Assembly: GCA_951406725.2 (NCBI GenBank) | Contig: OX597831.1 | Coordinates: 57,102,001 to 57,166,000 of the forward strand | Source of the DNA: Octopus vulgaris | Taxonomy: Eukaryota | Length of the DNA: 64,000 nt | Direction: 5' to 3' | In this document: in pieces, positions 57,469-64,000 of the stretch | Layout of the letters: each line of letters starts with the position of its first letter | Numbering within the stretch: the first letter of the stretch is position 1 | Made by a program: the position numbers and the translations under genes | Notes under the pieces: model-generated | What the model was told of the DNA's origin: nothing | The model's database searches: none | Seen by the model: only the letters and a program-made list of their open reading frames with translations

Positions 57469-59388
57469 GATATACTTCATTAAATTGGTAGGGTGTAATT
57501 TAAAAGATATTCGTCTATTATTTTTGGTACGGGGAGCGACCATTGATACAACTAACCTCCACCATCTTGCAGTCAAACCCTTGATTGGTTAGAAGTGGCA
57601 GTTGTATCTGTGGTAGGGTGGTGATGGTGTTGGTGGTGGTGATGGTGGAGATGATAGTGGTGATGTGTCAGTGAAATGTATCACTGTTCTGATCTCATCT
57701 TGTTCCCACCGGAGAAGTTGTCATCTCAAGTGCCAGCACCGCAAAAGTCTTAACTCTCCCGTTTCTCTTAGTATATCTAACCTGAAGAAATGTCACCCTG
57801 CCAAAGTCTACGCTGATAACTTCAGATGATCTCGAATACGCTAGCGGAAAAATAACCTAGATGGCCATGGCTGGAACTTCTTTTGACCATGTCTTCTTAC
57901 GAGGTCTGAGCTAGGCCTAAACAGCAGCAACACGCATATTTATCCCATGGTGTTCCCGTTGCTTAAACTGAATTATGCCTATCCCATGTTCATATTATTT
58001 GCCTAGTGTTATTCAATGCTAGGTTGATAAAAACGGAAGAAAAAAACCAATGATCAAAGGCGCCCCAGCTATGACCATTCCATTTTTCATTCATACAGTC
58101 TATCTAAGACTACATTTTCCAATATCCTACTATATATGTATAAAAAAACAGTAGGGAACATTTGATAGAAACTTGGTTGCTATTTCTAGCATACAACAGC
58201 GTTGGGATACCCCGTTTACATCTGGCTGATGAGGTGGTTCTTTAGGTTTCGACCAGCGCTGATTAAAAAGATGTGATCGAAAGGGTTCCTATCGAGACCA
58301 TCACAGCTTTTCGTAGATTCTTGACTAAATTATCCAGTATGACTTCCCACATTTTCTATCACAGTAGGGAGTGATTTAAGGAAGATTTGGCCACTGTTTT
58401 AAACAACCATGTTTACTGGCTTATAAATAATTCTTTCGCTTGAGACACACCTCTCTTTTGCAAGTATGTTTTGTGAAAAAACAAAACAACGACTAACAAA
58501 TTTAATTTGTTTTGTTATACACTTATTGCTTTCAAATTTTGGCACAAGGCCAGCAGTTTTTCTTGTGTGTGCCTGGGATGGGGAAGGCTAAGTCGATTAC
58601 ATCGACCCCAGCGGTCAACCGGTACTCATTTTATCGACCTTCGCCCTACCGAAAGGGCCGAAAGCAAAGTCGACCCCGGTGGATTTGAACTCAGAACGTA
58701 CATTCCACCAGCTCGCCGCCTTATTTCATCATACACTTATTGAAAGATATTTTAAAATGGTTTGTGCTGGGAAAAAATTTACGATCTTGTGCCAGTTATT
58801 GTGTTGAGCGGACTTATACTTATTCGGCTCCATATCCTAAAACACTTGGTCTCCCATCCGTTATACGGCTGCATTAGATACCGGTAAATTTTTGGAAACG
58901 TTTGAAAGTGCAAGAATATAAAAAAAAAACGCGTATTATACACCAGAAAAAATACAGTGCCAAAACAATAAAACATCTAGCAAACAGATGGTGATAGATA
59001 TGGAATTGGCGTGTCGATGAAATATTTTCGAATGATTGATTGATTTCTCACTTCCATAGTTCAAATCAATCATGTAACCCTGACACAAAGTTTTTTACGA
59101 TTTGACCATAATTTCTATTTGTGTGTCGTATTTCATTAACTTTTAAGTTTCCACCTTCAAAATTGTCTTCTATTTTAGCTTGAAGTTGACTTGATATTAC
59201 ACGTCGAAAAACTTAGAGCGTGAATCGCAATTGGTTCTATTTTCTCTTGTATTTTTTCTTATATTATTTTTTGTTTTATTAATTTTTCTTTCTTATTTTT
59301 AAAGAGTGATAGTGAACGACCTGGCAGGGGTGAGATGTGAACGTACCTTGTTTTGTTAGTTTACGTCGGCAATTCCATAAGAGGGAGA

Positions 59389-59428
<40 letters not shown>

Positions 59429-60504
59429 GAGAATCGACTACAGTACTTTTTTTCGACCCTGAATAGCTGAAAGCCAAAGTTCGTGCCTCGAAAGAGATTT
59501 GGACTGAGAATGAAGAGAATGGGAACAAGTACCCTAAGACATTCTATCTGCCGTTCTAAGGTCTCTGCCAATCCGCTCCTCTTTTTTTTCGCTATGGAGA
59601 CACTGAAATTACATACCGGCAATTTTCAACGTTTATCAGTTGTGGGCTTTAGCGATTATTGGTTTATCAAAGACTGAAGAAACTTAGGATCATCATATCT
59701 ATAACCGTTTCATTTGCTCATTCATGCAACCTTAAAACGCAAAGAAACGGAGGTAAATGAAAATCTTTGAATTATTTAATACTCAAATAAAGAAATAATG
59801 TTTGCAAGTTGTGGCACAAGGCCAGCAATTTTAGTGGAGAGGCACCTCGATTACATCAACCCCAGTGCTCAACTGGTACTTATTTCATGGACTTCCAAAG
59901 TCCATGAAAGGCAAAGTATTTTTTAAGAATGTGAAGGATGAAAGTCGACTTCGGTGGCATTTGAACTCAGAACATAAGGACGGAATGAATGCCTCTACCC
60001 ATTTTGTCCGGAACCCAAATAAAGAAAAACTAAAATAATTAAAATATCGCTGTTTTCCCCCAAAGTCTCTCTTTTGAAATTCATTTTAGTGGACAGTAAG
60101 ACTACCGCCAGTAAATCCCTTTAAATCACAAAATTTAGCTTAAATTAAACAAATTCGGTCTCTTCTAACAATTTCAAATCGCCGAAATCGTTACATATGT
60201 CTTGAGCTGCATTATAATGTGCTAAGATTATAAATATTTCCTGTCTTTCAACTCCCGAAAGCATAAAACTTATAATCCAAGTTCTATTTCCACATTCCCA
60301 ACTATTGATAAATTCCAAGTACTTTAGTTTTAATCGATGTAACCTCATCAAATATTAACTTAAGTTTCTATTTAATTCAGACTTTCGCGAATTAAAGACA
60401 ATTTTCATTCTTTCTTGAACATACTCTATATTCTGGAAGGACGGGCGTTCGGTAGAAGTCATCTTACAGATACATATTCAAGCGATGTTATGTTCTGTTT
60501 AACC

Positions 60505-61070
60505 TGGCATTCCGTCAGTTGCAACGACGAGGGTTCCAGTTGATCCGATTAATGGAACAGCTTGCTCGTGAAATTAGCGTGCGAATGGCTGAGCACTCCA
60601 CAGACACGCGTAACCTTAACGTAGTTCTCAGAGAGATCAAGTGTGACACAGTAAATGACAAGGCTGGCCTTTGAATAACAGGTAATTTTCATTTTTCATA
60701 GGCGGCGAGCTGGCAGAAACGTTAGCACACCGGGCGAAATGCTTAGCAGTATTTCGTCTGCCGTTACGTTGTGAGTGCAAATTCCGCCGAGGTCGACTTT
60801 GCCTTTCATCCTTTCGGGGTCGATAAATTAAGTACCATTTTTCACTGGGGTCGATATAATCGACTTAATACTTATGTCTGTCCTTGTTTGTCCCCTCTAT
60901 GTTTAGCCCCTTATGGGTAATAAAGAAATAGGTACTTTTCATTTTTGCCAACTGGACTAGAGCAACGTGAAATAATGTCTTGCTCAAGAGACAACGCACC
61001 GCCGGGAATCGAACTCACGATCTTACTATTGTGAGCCGAATGCCCCTCACCACTAAGCCACGTGCCTCCA
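60505..61070 (-). mobile_element. Family-D CORE-SINE interrupted by a family-A SINE
   Basis: The two halves (60505-60696 and 60930-61070) rejoin to the 12503-12825 sequence. Confidence 0.88.
60701..60930 (+). mobile_element. Family-A SINE nested in a family-D SINE
   Basis: Full-length copy; TSD aggta(a/c)ttttcattttt at 60680-60696 and 60930-60946. Confidence 0.92.
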
Positions 61071-61465
61071 TTCTGTCTAAAGAATAAAATGTATTGTCAT
61101 CAGTAAGCTAAATACACCACTTCACATTTAACTCTTTACCTGTCTGTGTATCACATCTGATGCACAAAACATATTTCCCTGGCTTTCATGCATCCTATAT
61201 GATACACGTTTTCAATTTTTCTCAGCCCCTAATGTAACTTGCAATTTATGAAAAACAAAAGGCTTTATATTCATAACAAGAGTTAGCTAAAAGTCTGAAA
61301 ACAAACATGTGGATGTTTAGGACAAACTTATGAAAATGATTTCGACAAGCAAAGGATTAGAAGAAACCCGATTGAAATTTAGCAAAGTCAGCAATATCGA
61401 CATTCACAGATAACAGACATCCCTTTCTTTCATGATGAACGCATAAAAAATCGTCAACAACTTAC

Positions 61466-61922
61466 ATAGTTTTATTTCCTCGCTTATACGAACTTCGATA
61501 AAGTCCATTTAAATCATCTCGAAGCTTCCCTGTGAAATTCATTCGTATATTGTATTCCTGCCCATTTTCCAAGGGCTCACTGAGATTAAAGATGAGGAAC
61601 TGACGTTTTTTGTCAAAGACCAAGCCTTTGACCTGCGGTACGTTGGCATTATTTGTTGATGATAAATCTACCGAGCTTTCGTTGATATTTAACAAGTGAC
61701 TGTGCAAAGTGATGTTGGTGCAGTTAGTCAAGCACTTCATGTTAATATTAACGTAACCATCGAAAGTGAAATTCTCAGGTGGTCCTTCATAGATGTAAGG
61801 CTGAAGTTCCACATCGTACACAATGGGTATAATTGAGGTGGGTAAGCGTACATCTTTAATACGTTCGGTCTTGTTTGATTCTTTTTCAGGTGTTTCGATA
61901 ATCTCTTCTGCACATGTTTCGC
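61466..61922 (-). CDS. Internal coding exon of an aminopeptidase N-like (peptidase M1) gene, N-terminal beta domain
   Basis: Acceptor ttcacAG (61924-61923) and donor GTaag (61465-61461) bound a 457-nt open exon: ETCAEEIIETPEKESNKTERIKDVRLPTSIIPIVYDVELQPYIYEGPPENFTFDGYVNI...NITLHS...RQFLIFNL...GQEYNIRMNFTGKLRDDLNGLYRSSYKRGNKT. The RLP..I.P..Y, FTF.G.V.I and F.G.L.DDL.GLYRSSY motifs are typical of APN/ANPEP. Confidence 0.93.
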
Positions 61923-62004
61923 CTGTGAAGAAAGGGAAATATAAAGCACAAACGTATAAGCAAATGAAGGTTTTGCGTTATCGAAAATAATAATAATAAT
62001 AATG

Positions 62005-62061
<57 letters not shown>

Positions 62062-62609
62062 GTTTTAAATTATGGCACAAGCCCAGCAATTTTGGAGAGT
62101 GGATAGGCCGATTACACCGACGCCACTAATCAACTGGTACTTTCTTTATTGACCCTAAAGAGATGAAAAGCAAAGTTTTCTGTCAGCTCGCCGCCTTAAT
62201 AATGGCAATAACAATAGATGATGATGGCATTGATGATAATGACGACGATGATGATGATGATGATGATAATGATTCCCCCAATGGTGGTGTGTTGAGACAG
62301 CACAAAGGACAGAGTAGAAAAACCTGAGAAGTTTTATGTTACGACTGGAAGATGAGAAATGGAGTCAAGTCAACTAAATAACTAAATAATAAAGTGTATA
62401 TAAGTCTATGTGAGTGTGAGCGTGAGTATTTGTGTATGTATATATATATATACTCAAAAAAATCAAGACAACCACCTGTTACCAATCTGAGAAAATCCAT
62501 ACAAAGACATGGACTGTGCCGACTACAAGAACAGGAACAAGAAGAACAACAACAACGATAACAACGACAACAACAACAACAACAGTAACAACAACAATAA
62601 TAATAATAT

Positions 62610-62905
62610 AAAATTATATACAATCCTCTTAAGTACAAAATAGCTCGGCTATAGGAAATGAAGCAGGTGAAGACGGTGCCAATTATTGCTGGTTCCCTGG
62701 GGGCAGTAACAGAAGGCATCAAGAGGAATATAAAGGAAATCGGAATAGAGTGCCCAGTAGAACTATTACAAAAGATTTGCCTCCTTGGCACGGCCAGAAT
62801 AATCAGGAAGGTATGAGATAGTTTAAAAGGACAGATAGAATAGGCAGCAAGTTCACTATGCATGAAAGACTCCAGGTGTTACAACAAAACCTGAGATAAA
62901 AAGAA
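62610..62905 (+). mobile_element. R4/Dong-type LINE 3' fragment (different subfamily)
   Basis: KYKIARL*EMKQVKTVPIIAGSLGAVTEG...ELLQKICLLGTARIIRKV, followed by (TAA)n. Confidence 0.8.
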
Positions 62906-62907
62906 TA

Positions 62908-62987
<80 letters not shown>

Positions 62988-63226
62988 GGATAATTGTTTC
63001 TACTGTAGGCACAAGGCTTGAAATTTAGTGGGGAGTGAGGCTGGTCGATTGCATCAACACCAATAATCAACTTGTACTTATTTTATTTAATCTCGAAGAA
63101 TGAAAGGCAAAAATCCACTTCGGTAGCATTTGAATTCAGAATGTAAAAACAGACGAAATACTGCTACGGATTTTGTTCAACGTGTTAACGATTCTGCCAG
63201 AATTATTATTAATAATAATAATAATG

Positions 63227-63300
<74 letters not shown>

Positions 63301-63307
<7 letters not shown>

Positions 63308-64000
63308 TAGAACAGCAACGAGCCATGATAAAACGATGGCAAGAAAAACCCCTTCATGGTAAATACTGGACTAAACTAAACGCAAAAGAAATAGACAAAG
63401 AAAAATCCCAGCAATGGTTGAGAAGCTCAGGACTCAAAGCAGAAACAGAGGGATTTTTAATTGCAGCACAAGACCAAAGCCTCCCCACCAGAAATTACCA
63501 AAAACATGTAATGAAAAGAAATATTACAAGTAACTGCAGAATATGTGGAGATGGACAAGAAACAATAAATCATATTATCTCTAGCTGCCCAGTCCTGGCT
63601 AAGAAGGAATATATTCACAGACATGACAGAGTTGGAACCTACATACATTGGAAGCTATGCCATTATGGAATAACAACAGAAAAAAGATGGTATAGGCACA
63701 CACCAGAAAAGGTCACAGAAAACGAGAAAGCAACCATACTCTGGGATATGCCGATACACACAGATAGAGAAATTAAGGCCAACAGACCAGATATAGTTGT
63801 CAGAGATCATGAAGAAAAAAATACTTTCTAATTGATGTATCAATACCGGCAGATGACAACGTGTCTCTAAAAGAAATGGAGAAAGTCTCAAAATACAAAG
63901 ACCTGGAAATAGAGGTAACTAGAATGTGGAACCTGAAAACAGAAACAATTCCTATCATAGTAGGTGCATTAGGCATGATAAAAAAATATTCAGACAAATA
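63301..64000 (+). mobile_element. 5'-truncated R4/Dong-clade non-LTR retrotransposon ORF with a CCHC knuckle and restriction-like endonuclease; frameshifted; runs off the window
   Basis: WQEKPLHG...ETEGFLIAAQDQ...CRICGDGQETINHIISSC...RHD...ILWD...NRPDIVV, then after a frameshift in the A-run near 63815-63822: LIDVSIP...KEMEKVSKYKDL...IPIIVGALG. Begins directly after (AAT)n. Confidence 0.92.

Noticed and set aside
60145-60440. 68-aa minus-strand ORF as the next APN exon
   Set aside because: No APN motifs; splicing to the nearby AG in phase 2 gives an immediate stop.

Overview
AT-rich, microsatellite-saturated animal DNA, almost certainly an octopod cephalopod (Octopus sp.), judged from its SINE families and repeat landscape. 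The only clear host coding sequence is one internal exon of an aminopeptidase N (M1 family) gene on the minus strand (61466-61922); no further exon was recognised in the ~61 kb downstream. The rest is simple repeats and mobile-element debris: at least four tRNA-derived SINE families with swapped modules, R4/Dong-type, RTE, CR1-like and Tx1/L1-like LINE fragments, non-autonomous Helitrons, a TA-flanked pogo/Tigger-like MITE, and two copies of an 8-bp-TSD MITE carrying TTAGGG repeats. The most notable signal is about ten dispersed, sequence-diverse minimal type-I hammerhead-ribozyme-like motifs (CUGANGA, stem II, GAAA, palindromic stem III, UH). They lie in short elements within or next to (TA)n tracts, several inside long inverted repeats, as expected for Penelope-like retroelement termini. 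Nearly all ORFs in the supplied track are microsatellite translation artefacts. All structure calls are by eye.
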